Positions 19,070 to 29,100 of a stretch of DNA of 64,000 nucleotides are shown here, piece by piece. The stretch is from Planctomycetota bacterium. GTDB taxonomy: Bacteria; Planctomycetota; Phycisphaerae; Phycisphaerales; SM1A02. Where the stretch lies: contig JAFMML010000008.1 of NCBI GenBank assembly GCA_017859745.1, forward strand, positions 7,027 to 71,026. Direction: 5' to 3'. Both the position numbers and the translations under genes were made by a program. Position 1 is the first letter of the stretch. Each line of letters starts with the position of its first letter. The notes under the pieces were generated by a model. The model was not told the origin of the DNA, made no database searches, and saw only the letters and a program-made list of their open reading frames with translations.

Positions 19070-19972
19070 ATGCGACCACCCCCGATCCTCGACTGGTTCG
19101 CGAAGCGATGCCTGCCGCCGGCAGTCGCTCGCCGCGCCAAGCTGATCGCCTCGGTGCCGAGGTACCACCTTCACCGGCGGGCCTGTCGTCGTGGGTGGCT
19201 CGCACATGGCGATCGCTATCCGCACCACCTGCTGTTCGTGGCGGGACTTCCGAAGTCGGGGACCACCTGGGTCGAACGGATGCTCTCGAGCGTTCCGGGA
19301 TTCGGCTCCCTCCTGATCCCAGAGGTCAATCGCCACGAGTTGGATCATGGCGAGAGCCACACCTTCGAACTGCCGGACGACTTCGCCTCCCGGTTCGACC
19401 GCATGCTCGTGATCACCAAGATGCATGTGCATGGGTCGATCCACAACTGCCGCGTGCTCGGCGACGGAGACGTCCCGTATGCGATCGTCCATCGAGATCT
19501 CCGGGACGTGGCGATCAGTCACATCCACTACGTCCGCAGCACTCCGTGGCACCCCGAGCATCGGGACTACGCGAACCTCGACATCGAACGAGGCCTGAGA
19601 CACTTCGGCGAGACCCTGCTCTCGCCCTACGCCGACTGGGTGCGCAGCTGGCACCGGCACCGCGATCCCGCCATCAGCACGATCGTGGCCTACGAGGAGA
19701 TGCTTCACGATCCATCGAAGGCGCTGACGCGAATCGTCGAGACCTTTCGCCTTCCGCTCGATCGGGACCGGATCGAAGAGATCGTCGCCGCGCACGACTT
19801 CACCCGGATGAGCGGCGGGCGCCGTCCTGGCGAGGAGCGCGCCGACGCCTTCGTGCGCAGCGGAACGGCCGGAGGCTGGCGCCGTCACTTCACGCCGGAA
19901 CTCGAGTCCCGCTATCGAGAAGTGCTTGGGCGGTTTCCCACCGACCTCGGTCTGCCGCCGTTGGACTGGTGA
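19070..19972 (+). CDS. PAPS-dependent sulfotransferase
   Basis: 5'-PSB loop LPKSGTTW and 3'-PB motif VHRDLRDVAIS. The start was set at ATG 19070, because the upstream part of the ORF is antisense to wzx. Confidence 0.75.
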   Translation: MRPPPILDWFAKRCLPPAVARRAKLIASVPRYHLHRRACRRGWLAHGDRYPHHLLFVAGLPKSGTTWVERMLSSVPGFGSLLIPEVNRHELDHGESHTFELPDDFASRFDRMLVITKMHVHGSIHNCRVLGDGDVPYAIVHRDLRDVAISHIHYVRSTPWHPEHRDYANLDIERGLRHFGETLLSPYADWVRSWHRHRDPAISTIVAYEEMLHDPSKALTRIVETFRLPLDRDRIEEIVAAHDFTRMSGGRRPGEERADAFVRSGTAGGWRRHFTPELESRYREVLGRFPTDLGLPPLDW

Positions 19973-20086
19973 CGCGCTCCGCACTCCCGTTCCGTCCGCC
20001 CATGAAGCACGCCGCCCGCGCCGGATGAAGGCGACACGGGCGGCGCGAGCGGGGGTTGGGAAGGATGTTCGAGCGGGTGCCCGAGC

Positions 20087-23000
20087 TCAGGGACCCTGTT
20101 CGCCCGGTTCGGAAAGCAACGCCTCGATCTCGGCCTTGACCTCTCCCAGGCGCTGGTAGACGTGCTCCGAGGTGGCGAGGTCGAGTTCGACCTTCAATTG
20201 TGGATCGGACCAGACGGCGGGTTCGACGCCGCCGAGGAAGTCGTAGGTGAAGGCGAATCGCGCCTCCGCCTGAAGCACCCCGAGGGTCTCCGCGGAGGTC
20301 GCCGCACGAGTCCAGTAGGACAGACCCGTCCAGAACGCCACACCGGTTGCGCCCATCTCCACGAGCGGACGCACCTGATCGCGAAGCAACTCCTCGAGCG
20401 TCATCTGCTTCATGTTGTATTCGATGGTGCCGACCTTCCAGAACATGGGGCTGACCATCGGGACGATCTCCTTCGGCTCGCCGCCGTTGGCGGTGTTGAA
20501 CCGATTGCACAGCTCCATCTGGTAGCGGCGGAACGCGGTCTCCCGCGCGGTCACCGAGTTCCAGGACGACTCGCCGAAGAGGGCGAGTTCGTATCGGTCG
20601 TAGACGCTGGGGTTGATCCAGTCCATCTCGCGAAGAACCGGCGTGTAGTTCGCAAGCGTCGAGGACAGCTCGGCCTCCTTGGCCTCCTCGGTGGCATTCG
20701 CCCAGTTGCTGTTGTTGAACCAGTAACGGAGGCGAGGCATGCCGTACATCGACCACTGCACCATGGGAAACTCCGATCGCACCGTCTGCAGCAGGTTGAC
20801 GATGGTGTCGACGGTCAGCTGGTAGTTGGGATCGGCCGGACCGGCCTGCAGCCGATCGAGGAACGGATTCTCGAAGTCGAGGATGCCGTAGCCGCTGGGG
20901 CTGTCGCCGTGCTTGCTTCGAATCGCCTCGACGACCAGGGCCGCGTCGATCACACCGGTCGAGGACGCGTTGGGATCGACTCCCTCGTAGATGATGATGT
21001 ACGGCAGATGGCCCTGCTCGATCGCCAGATCGTGGAACGTCGCGTCGGGAAGCGGATCGAACATGAGCTTCGCGCTCGTGGAGGGCCGCGGGTTCACGGG
21101 ATCGACGAGCACGGTTCGGAAGACCGCACGAAGGTTGGTCCCGTTGGGGACGCCCATCTGCGATGCGGCCAGTTCCGTCGACAGGGTTCCCGAAGTGGAG
21201 GACCCGGTCGCGTAGGGGGTGAATCGGAAGACGTCGCTCCGACCGGCGCCGAAGGAGCCCGCGGAGACGTTGCCCTTCGAGGACATGAGCAGCGATCCGT
21301 CGGCATCGGCGAAGACCGCGTCGAGCTTCTCGTTGTTGTTGGAGAAGCCGACGTCCGATCCGTCGAAGTGCATCGACCACGCGCCCGCCGTCGCCTGACC
21401 CAACGAGGACGGGACGAACCGCATCAGGTCCTGACCCTTGAAGGGCGGCACTCCGGGAAGGGAACCTCCGTTCTGCGTGGCGATCAGCAGGGATCCATCG
21501 GCCATCGCGGAGACGGCGGCGATCGCCTGATCTCCGCTGCTCGAGAGGCCGACATCCGAACCGTCGAAGTGGAAGTGCCACATGCCGGCGGTGACCTCGC
21601 CGAGCTGGTCTGGCGAGAATCGAACAAGGTCGTAGGCGTCGACGGTGCTGCCGTTGGGACCTCCCACGAGACCCCCGACGACTCCGCCACCTTCGATCGC
21701 CATGAGCAGTTCCCCGCTCTCCAGCACCGATGCGGCCGCGATGGTCAGACCACTCAGGCCGACATCGTCTCCGTCGAAGAAGACGTTCCACGACCCCGTC
21801 GCGGAATTGAACGCCGCAAGATCGCATCCGTCGACGACCAGATCGCCCGGCAGTGTGGTCGCGCCGCCGAACGACCCCACCAGAAGCGGCACCGGCATGC
21901 AGGGCTCGCACAAGGCCGCAGCGTTCGCAACGCAGTTCTCGTCCCACACCGTCGAGCAGCAGAGCGGATCGACCGAACACACCAGTTCGCAGCAGGCCCC
22001 GTCCGCGCAATATGGCGTGTCGTGAACGGTGCAGCAGTCTCCCGCGGTCTGGTCCCCGCACGCCGACGGGGGATTGACGCCGCCGCCACCGCCACCGCCG
22101 CCGCCATCCCCGGGGCGCTCGCCGACCGGCCAGGAGAAGGTCACCATGGCGAAGGCAGCGACGTTGTCGCCGTTGGAGAGGCCCGAGGCCGTGCCGTCGA
22201 ACCAGTCGTAGAAGACTCCGCTGCTTGCAGACCCGAGGGAACTCGGCGTGAAGCCCATCAGGTCCCCACGACCCGCGGACACGCCCGGCACAGAGGCGTT
22301 GCCTCTGGTCGAGATCAGCAGATCGCCCGTCGCGGTCGTGCCGATCGCATCGATCGCCTCGTTGTTGTGACTCAGGCCAACGTCGGATCCATCGAGATGA
22401 ACCGACCACGAGCCCGCGGTCGCAGCACCCAGCGAGGAGGGTGCGAAGTGCACGAGGTCCTGCTTCGCGAAGGAGCCGACGCCCGGAAGCGAACCTCCGC
22501 CTTCGAAGGACATGATCAGAGAGCCGTCGTCGAGAGCGGCCACGGCGGAGATCGACATTCCGCCCGATAGACCGACATCGGATCCGTCGAACAGGAACGA
22601 GAGCGTGCCGGCGGTGTAGCGCCCGACCGTCTCGGGCGTGAATCGAACGAGGTCCACCGCGTCGACGGCTCCGCCCGCGGGCCCGTCGGCGAGGTCGGCG
22701 ACGAATCCGCCTCCGGCGATCGCAAGGACCAGGTCCCCGTTCGCCAGCGCAGCGACCGCCGAGATCGACGCGCCGCCGAGGCCGATCGCATCTCCATCGA
22801 GAAACAGGCTCCATGAACCGGTCGCATCGTCGTACGCCGCCAGATCGCCCCCACCGATCGCAAGCCCGCCCGGGAGCCCGGCGGCGCCGCCGAAGCCCAT
22901 GACCGCACGGGTGATCGGCTCGCAGCCTCCGCAGAGTTCGCCCGCATTGCCGGCGCAGTACTCGTCCCATCCGACGTCGCAGCAGTAGGGATCGGCGTTG

Positions 23001-23182
23001 CAGACGAGCGTGCAGCACGCCTCATCGCTGCACCCGATGCCCGAGTGGGGCTGGCAGCAGTCGCCCGCGCCCGGATCGCCGCACTGGGCCTGAACGGCGA
23101 CGGTGGCCAGTCCCGACATCAGCATGGCGAAGCACGAACACACACGCGAACGAACGACGGTTCCAGGTCGAAGACGGGGCAT
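20087..23182 (-). CDS. secreted modular protein: 2 x (12-Cys module + 4 repeats) + C-terminal GH56-like (hyaluronidase-like) TIM-barrel domain
   Basis: Signal peptide MPRLRPGTVVRSRVCSCFAMLMSGLATVAVQAQ. An internal duplication is separated by a Gly9 run. The C-terminal domain carries GYGILDFENPF, WSMYGMPRLRYW, NPSVYDRY and GATGVAFWTG. The CDS itself is secure; the family assignment is inference. Confidence 0.65.
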   Translation of the reverse strand: MPRLRPGTVVRSRVCSCFAMLMSGLATVAVQAQCGDPGAGDCCQPHSGIGCSDEACCTLVCNADPYCCDVGWDEYCAGNAGELCGGCEPITRAVMGFGGAAGLPGGLAIGGGDLAAYDDATGSWSLFLDGDAIGLGGASISAVAALANGDLVLAIAGGGFVADLADGPAGGAVDAVDLVRFTPETVGRYTAGTLSFLFDGSDVGLSGGMSISAVAALDDGSLIMSFEGGGSLPGVGSFAKQDLVHFAPSSLGAATAGSWSVHLDGSDVGLSHNNEAIDAIGTTATGDLLISTRGNASVPGVSAGRGDLMGFTPSSLGSASSGVFYDWFDGTASGLSNGDNVAAFAMVTFSWPVGERPGDGGGGGGGGGVNPPSACGDQTAGDCCTVHDTPYCADGACCELVCSVDPLCCSTVWDENCVANAAALCEPCMPVPLLVGSFGGATTLPGDLVVDGCDLAAFNSATGSWNVFFDGDDVGLSGLTIAAASVLESGELLMAIEGGGVVGGLVGGPNGSTVDAYDLVRFSPDQLGEVTAGMWHFHFDGSDVGLSSSGDQAIAAVSAMADGSLLIATQNGGSLPGVPPFKGQDLMRFVPSSLGQATAGAWSMHFDGSDVGFSNNNEKLDAVFADADGSLLMSSKGNVSAGSFGAGRSDVFRFTPYATGSSTSGTLSTELAASQMGVPNGTNLRAVFRTVLVDPVNPRPSTSAKLMFDPLPDATFHDLAIEQGHLPYIIIYEGVDPNASSTGVIDAALVVEAIRSKHGDSPSGYGILDFENPFLDRLQAGPADPNYQLTVDTIVNLLQTVRSEFPMVQWSMYGMPRLRYWFNNSNWANATEEAKEAELSSTLANYTPVLREMDWINPSVYDRYELALFGESSWNSVTARETAFRRYQMELCNRFNTANGGEPKEIVPMVSPMFWKVGTIEYNMKQMTLEELLRDQVRPLVEMGATGVAFWTGLSYWTRAATSAETLGVLQAEARFAFTYDFLGGVEPAVWSDPQLKVELDLATSEHVYQRLGEVKAEIEALLSEPGEQGP

Positions 23183-23390
23183 GTCGACGCGACTCCTGTG
23201 ACTTGAGGGTGGCCGGCACATCACAGCGCCGACGGTCCAAGGGAGAATCGCATCGATTCGGGGCACGACACGCCGGGCATGTTCCCCAACCGCGCCTGCA
23301 GAAGGTGGTCCCGCTGCCAGTGGTGACCCCAAACGACGAACGCCCCGCCGAAGCGGGGCGCTCGTGATCAGTTGGATTCCGACGAGTCGA

Positions 23391-24494
23391 TCAGGGGCAG
23401 ACACCCCAGTTCGCAAGCAGGATCGACAGGTCCGCGGCATCGACCACGCCGCTGTTGTTGAGATCCGCCGACACCGGAACGCCGATCGGCGAGAAGCCCC
23501 AGTAGCCGATCATGATGCTGATGTCGGACCCGTTGACGTCGCCATCGTTGTTGATGTCGCCCTGGCACCCCGTGCACAGGACGTTCTTGCCGATGTCCTC
23601 GTACTGCCCGGAGATCGCGTCGGGGAAGTTGCCGCAGATCTCGGTGTTCGAGAGGGCCAGATCGCTGAAGCCGGGACGCACCCAGATGCCTCCGCCGGTG
23701 ACGGCCACGTTGCTGGTCACGCTGCAGCCGGTGACGACCATGCCGTCTCCGAAGCTGTTCCACGTGAAGCCGCCGCCGGTCGCCGCGGTGTTGTTCGCGA
23801 AGACGCAGTCGACGACGACCGGAGTGCCGCGAGTGAAGTGGACGCCTCCACCGAAGGATTGCGGAGCCCGGTTCAGGGTGAAGGTGCATCCGGTGAAGAG
23901 GACTCCTCCTCCCCAGCACTGGGCGCCACCACCGTCGGTGTTCGCGTAGTTGTCGTGGAAGACCGTTCCGGAGACCTCGGAGAAGCTCTCGCGGAAGTAC
24001 GCACCACCGCCGAAGCCGGACTGGTTCTCGGTGACGATGCAGTCGACGATGGTCGGCGACGACTGGTCGACGTACATGCCGCCACCGAACGTGTAGAAGG
24101 GAAGCGGCTCGTAGATGGTGCCGACGATCCCGTTGGTGATCGTGAAGCCTTCCAGGATGGTGTCCGGGCCTTCCCCGCTGACGGCGGTCACCACCGATGC
24201 CTTGGCACCGGTGCCATCGATGGTCGTGGCTGCGGCCCCGTCGGAGGATCGAACGACGATCGCCTTGCCGAGGAAGTCGATCGACTCGGTGTAGACGCCA
24301 GGAGCGACGAGGACCACGTCGCCACCCACCGCAGCGTCGATCGCCGACTGGATGGTGGGGTAGTCCCCCGGGACATCGATGGTCGTACCCGCGGTGGCGA
24401 TCCCGCCAGCGGCGAGAAGCGAGGCGACACCCGCACCAACAAGAAGCGATCGGGACTTGCTGGACATGGTGGACATGGTGGACATGCTGGACAT
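23391..24494 (-). CDS. secreted right-handed beta-helix protein with C-terminal dockerin-type repeats
   Basis: Signal/TM segment LLVGAGVASLLAAGGIATA, repeated GGG-containing beta-helix turns (GGGMYV, GGGAYF, GGGVLF, GGGVHF, GGGFTW, GGGIWV), and C-terminal GDINNDGDVNGSDISIMIGYWG and ADLNNSGVVDAADLSILLANWG. Confidence 0.7.
   Translation of the reverse strand: MSSMSTMSTMSSKSRSLLVGAGVASLLAAGGIATAGTTIDVPGDYPTIQSAIDAAVGGDVVLVAPGVYTESIDFLGKAIVVRSSDGAAATTIDGTGAKASVVTAVSGEGPDTILEGFTITNGIVGTIYEPLPFYTFGGGMYVDQSSPTIVDCIVTENQSGFGGGAYFRESFSEVSGTVFHDNYANTDGGGAQCWGGGVLFTGCTFTLNRAPQSFGGGVHFTRGTPVVVDCVFANNTAATGGGFTWNSFGDGMVVTGCSVTSNVAVTGGGIWVRPGFSDLALSNTEICGNFPDAISGQYEDIGKNVLCTGCQGDINNDGDVNGSDISIMIGYWGFSPIGVPVSADLNNSGVVDAADLSILLANWGVCP
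24459..24494 (-). repeat. 4 x 9-bp tandem repeat (ATGTCCASC) at the very start of the beta-helix gene
   Basis: The coding strand reads ATGTCCAGC ATGTCCACC ATGTCCACC ATGTCCAGC (MSS MST MST MSS), giving four in-frame ATGs. Confidence 0.9.
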
Positions 24495-24745
24495 GGTCTT
24501 CTCCTGAATCAATCTCGACGGGAGTCCGTCGGCGGCCCCCTTGGGAATGGTGTAACCCTCGCTCGCCGGTTGCACAAGCACCCGCGAGCGAAGATGCGCA
24601 GGGTTCGGGACTTCTCCCCACGCCGAACCCCCTCGGTCGTTCACCGACTGCGCGCAAACCGATGGCGTCCAAGGAGCTCCTCGGCGGCCGAGGGCATCCC
24701 GGCACTCGGCGCCCGGTGTCGATCCTCCACGACCGATAACCCGGT

Positions 24746-26095
24746 TCAGGTGGCGACGGGCACGGGCGAGTCCTCCACTCCACCCTCGGCGACCTCGTCC
24801 TCGTACTCGAAGTCGTGGTCCTCCATGAGGACCTCTCTCGACTCGTACTCGCGGCAGGTCCGCGCAAGCATGATCGCGAAGGTGTAGAGCAGGGGGTTGC
24901 CGAGCATGTTGCCCTGCTTGTTGGCCAGGATGAAGTGGTAGATGAGCAGGCCCAGCAGCACGCAGACGTTCGCTCTCGCCACCGGATCGTGTCGGACCAT
25001 CCGCTCGAAGCGGAAGCCGGTCCGAACGACCGTATAGATGATGAACATCAGCAGCGAGAAGCCGATCAGGCCGCCTTCGCCGAGAGCGTCGGCCAGCAGC
25101 ACGTGGGTGTAGTGGACGCCGGACCGACTCTCGACCGAGGCGAATCCGTACAGGCCCAGTCCCTGCAGCCAGTGGGTCGGCGACTCGGCGTAGGCCGCGA
25201 GCAGGTCCACGCAGTTCTCGACGCGTTCCGAACCGCCGAACGCGAGACTCTCGACCGCCCAGCGACGGTCGTTGTCCTGGGTGACGAAGGCATCGACGGC
25301 GAACATCAGTCCGCCGGCGAACAGCACACCCGCCAGCGCCGTCAGTCCGAGGCCGCGTGCCGAGAGCGCCCGGAAGTTGATCGGAACCATCGCGAGGATG
25401 GCGATGACCGCACCGATCAGCTGGCCGCGAGATCCCGAAAGCAGCGCCAGACCCGCACCGACGACCACCGCCGCGGAGCGGATTCCGATGGACGTCAGGC
25501 CCGGCCTCACCAGCAGGGTCAGAGCCCCCATCAGCATGACGTTGCCGCCGAGCGTTCCGAGTTCCAGCGGATTGCCCCTGTTGTCGGACCCGTAGGCGAT
25601 GCCGAGCCGCGCCGCATTGAGATCGACGTTCGGGCTCACGATGAGCAGACCCGCGATCACGAGACCGGCGATCATGGTGGCGCCGATGAGGCTTCCGACG
25701 TCCTCGATGCGCCAGATCAGCATCGGCGCGAGGATCAGGAAGAGGGGCCAGTACGGCAGGGCCCTGACGGTCTCCAGCTGGAACGCCCACTCCGTGCGGC
25801 TCCAGAGGCCGGAGGTGTATCCCCACGCGAAGAACGCGAGGCAGGCCAGGCATGTCGGGGTGAACAGGTTCCGGAAGAGCGGCTGACCCGACATGGTGCG
25901 CCGCACCACCGCCCAGACCAGCAGGCCCGCGACCATTCCGTTCAGGAGCACCGGGCGATCCACGAAGATCGCCGCGGACGCCTGCAGCAGCACCTCCAGC
26001 GGATACATCACCACCAGCGCCGTGACCGCCCAGATCGGCGACCACAGCGCCATGACCAGCAGTGCGGCGAGCGCGATCAGCGGAAGGCGAGCCAT
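24746..26095 (-). CDS. wzy: O-antigen polymerase/ligase-family membrane protein (Wzy-like)
   Basis: 449 aa with about 10-12 TM segments and a large loop. The layout is typical of Wzy_C/O-antigen ligase family proteins, and the gene is positioned in a Wzx/Wzy-type locus. Confidence 0.6.
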   Translation of the reverse strand: MARLPLIALAALLVMALWSPIWAVTALVVMYPLEVLLQASAAIFVDRPVLLNGMVAGLLVWAVVRRTMSGQPLFRNLFTPTCLACLAFFAWGYTSGLWSRTEWAFQLETVRALPYWPLFLILAPMLIWRIEDVGSLIGATMIAGLVIAGLLIVSPNVDLNAARLGIAYGSDNRGNPLELGTLGGNVMLMGALTLLVRPGLTSIGIRSAAVVVGAGLALLSGSRGQLIGAVIAILAMVPINFRALSARGLGLTALAGVLFAGGLMFAVDAFVTQDNDRRWAVESLAFGGSERVENCVDLLAAYAESPTHWLQGLGLYGFASVESRSGVHYTHVLLADALGEGGLIGFSLLMFIIYTVVRTGFRFERMVRHDPVARANVCVLLGLLIYHFILANKQGNMLGNPLLYTFAIMLARTCREYESREVLMEDHDFEYEDEVAEGGVEDSPVPVAT

Positions 26096-26163
26096 CTGTT
26101 CAGTTCATCGGTCATCTGCGATCGTCGTCCGTCGATCCACCGACCCGATTCTCAACCGCCCTC

Positions 26164-29100
26164 TCAGGAGTCCGGGACGCCCGCCAGACGGGTTGCGAGG
26201 ATCGACTGGGCCTCGAGGCGGCCGATCTGCACGGTCTCGCCGACGCGCTCGGACACGCGGGCCTCGAGTTCGCTTCGGATCGAGTCGTCGACCCAGGCCT
26301 CGGGGGCGTCGTCGAGGAAGTCGTTCGCCATGGCGACACGGGCCTCCTGCTGCAGCACTCCCAGATCGTCCGACGACGTCACCGCGTGGGTCCAGTAGTT
26401 GAAGCCGGTCCAGAACGCGATGCCGTCCGCACCCGCCTCCATCACCGGCCGGACCTGATCGCGGAGCAGCTCCTCGGCGGTCATGTACTTCATGTTGTAT
26501 TCGATCTGCCCGACCTTGAAGAAGAGCGGGCTGACCATCGGGATGATCGGCTTGTCCGGGCCGGCGTGACCTTCGTTGAACCGCCGACACAGTTCGACGG
26601 TGTACTCGCGCCACGACGTCTCGCGATCGGTCCACATCTGCCACGAGGGCTGGTTCTGCCGCTCGAGCTCGTATCGGTCGTAGACGCTGGGGTTCATCCA
26701 GTCGCAACGCTCGAGCACCGGAGTGAACGCCTCGAGGGCCGCCTCGAGAAGCTCCTCGCGATCGGGATCGTCCGCCGTCGCCCAGCCATAGGAACCCGGA
26801 GGCCCCCAGTACTTGATGCGCGGCATGCCGTACATGGTCCACTTCACGTTGGGGAACTCCGCACGGACCCGATCGAGCAGCGCGACGATCGTGTTCACCG
26901 TCGACTGGTAGTGCGGATCCGAGGGGCCCGCCGAGATCCGCTCGAAGAACGGATTCTCGAAGTCGAGGATGCCGTAACCGCTCGGCGAGTCGCCGTGCTT
27001 GGTCCGGATGTGCTGCACCACGCGGTCGGCGTCGATCTGGCCGGTCGTCCGGGCATCGGGGTCGACCGCCTCGTAGACGATGAGGTACTGCTCGATGCCG
27101 TCGGCCTGCAGCCCGGCGACGACCGTGTCGCTCGGAAGGCCGTCGTAGAGCACCGTCACCGTCGAGTTCTGGTTCGGCGGAGTCGGCTCGCCATCGCCGC
27201 CGTCGCCGATGGGAATGGTCGGATCGACCGACGGGGGCGTGCCATCGGGTGTGGTGCCGGTCTCGGACTCGCCGGCGTCGTCGCCGTCGGACCCGGTCGA
27301 ATCGGCATCCGCGGCATCGGGATCCCCGCCGTCCGAACCACCGCCGGCGGGATCTCCACCCGGAGCGGCGTTGCCGGTCTGCGAGGACAGATGGATCGCC
27401 AGATCCGCGCCGTCGATCACGCCGTTTCCGTCGAGATCACCGTACGCCGTGTCGGTCCATCCACCGTCCGACACGGCTCCATCGGCATCGACGGACGTGA
27501 AGTTGCGCTGCCGCAGGCGAAGCTTCGGCTTCGATCGACTGCCGCGAGAGGGAGACGTCGAGACGTTTGCGGGCGCCGTGCCGAAGCCGCCATCTCCAGC
27601 GAGTCGGATCGCCAGGTCGGCGCCATCGACGAACCCATCGCCGTTCAGATCTCCGCCGTTCATGCGGGGATCGGTGCCGGAGTAGTCGTCCTCTTCGAAG
27701 CCGTAGTCCGTCCATTCCGCCTCGGCCCCTCCCGAGAGCCAGATGGCCTGGTCCGCGCCGTCGATCACCCCGTCGCCGTTGAGATCCTGGTTGGTGAAGC
27801 CGAGTCCGCCGTCCGCGAACGCGGCATCCGAAGGATCGACTCCGAACGAGGCACCGTCGTTCGGCGAGGACGAGTCGGCGGTGCGAAGCGTCGGACCGGA
27901 AGTCCTCTTGCCCCCAGGCACCAGACCGCCTCCGGTCGCCGCGGGACCGGCGAACTCGCCCTCGTCTCGAGTGGCGAACTCCGGGAACTCGGACGCGACC
28001 GCGGCATCGTGCACCAGCCACCCGCCCGACTGTCCGGCATCGCGACGGACGATGGTCGAGTCGCCGTCGACCGACACGGCCAGCTGCGTGAACCCGGGGG
28101 CGAAGGTGATTCGCCAGACCATTTCACCGTCGGCCGCGCCCACGCCGGTGGCGAAGAATCCGCTGCCGCTTCGGGACTCCCACGACGAGCGGGCCGATGC
28201 GAAGAACGCACCCGCCCACTCCTCCGCGGCGGTCTGCTCGAGAATGCCGTCGAAGCGAACGCCATCCTGGGGATCGGCCGTCCCGCGATCCTCGACGTAG
28301 AGCACCGCACCGTCGCCGATCAGAATCGCGTGCCGCACGAGTTCATCCCACATCGACGTGCCGACCACGAACGAGCGTCGCTCGCTCGAACCGGGATGCG
28401 AGAAGGGGATCACGCGAGGCAGGACCGCCGTGCCGCCACTCCGCCGCGTCACCGCGGACTCGATCTGGTCCCGAAGCTCGTCGAAGGACGTGGCCGCAAA
28501 TCCCGCCGTCGTGCTGCGGACCCCAAGCTCCATCGACCACGAACCCGTGGTCGGGCCGTCGCCAGCGGGAGCCGAGACCACCACCATGTCCGGCGAGGCC
28601 TTGCGAAGACCTTCCGCCGAACGCTCCACCGCCTGGGCGAGGGTGGCGTCGGCGAACTCGTTCCAGAGATCCCACTGATCGCTCGATGGCGTCATCGCGC
28701 CCTGGAGCGTCAGTGAACCGGGGCGAACGTCGTCGAATCGAGAGTCGTTGCGAATGGCGATCCACACGAGATCGTCGGGCGTGTCCAGCACCGCCGCCGA
28801 GATCGGGCTCTCGCCCTCGACCAGCAGCAGGTCGACCGACTGCGAGGACGCCGCGAGTCGCTTTGCCAGCGCCGAGAGCTCCTCGGTTGCCGCGGAGATT
28901 CCGCCGTCGAGCCAAGGGCCCGAGTGGTCGGTGATGTGCCCAGCGACCACGACGTGGTCGCTGGGATCCTGAGACAGCGTCGTCAACAGCGACCGCGTCG
29001 CGAGACCCCGACGACCGGCGGGCATCGAGGCGAACCGGGTCTCGATCGTCGCGACGTCCGAATCCTCGATCACCAGCAGCGGGGCGAATCGCGACGACTC

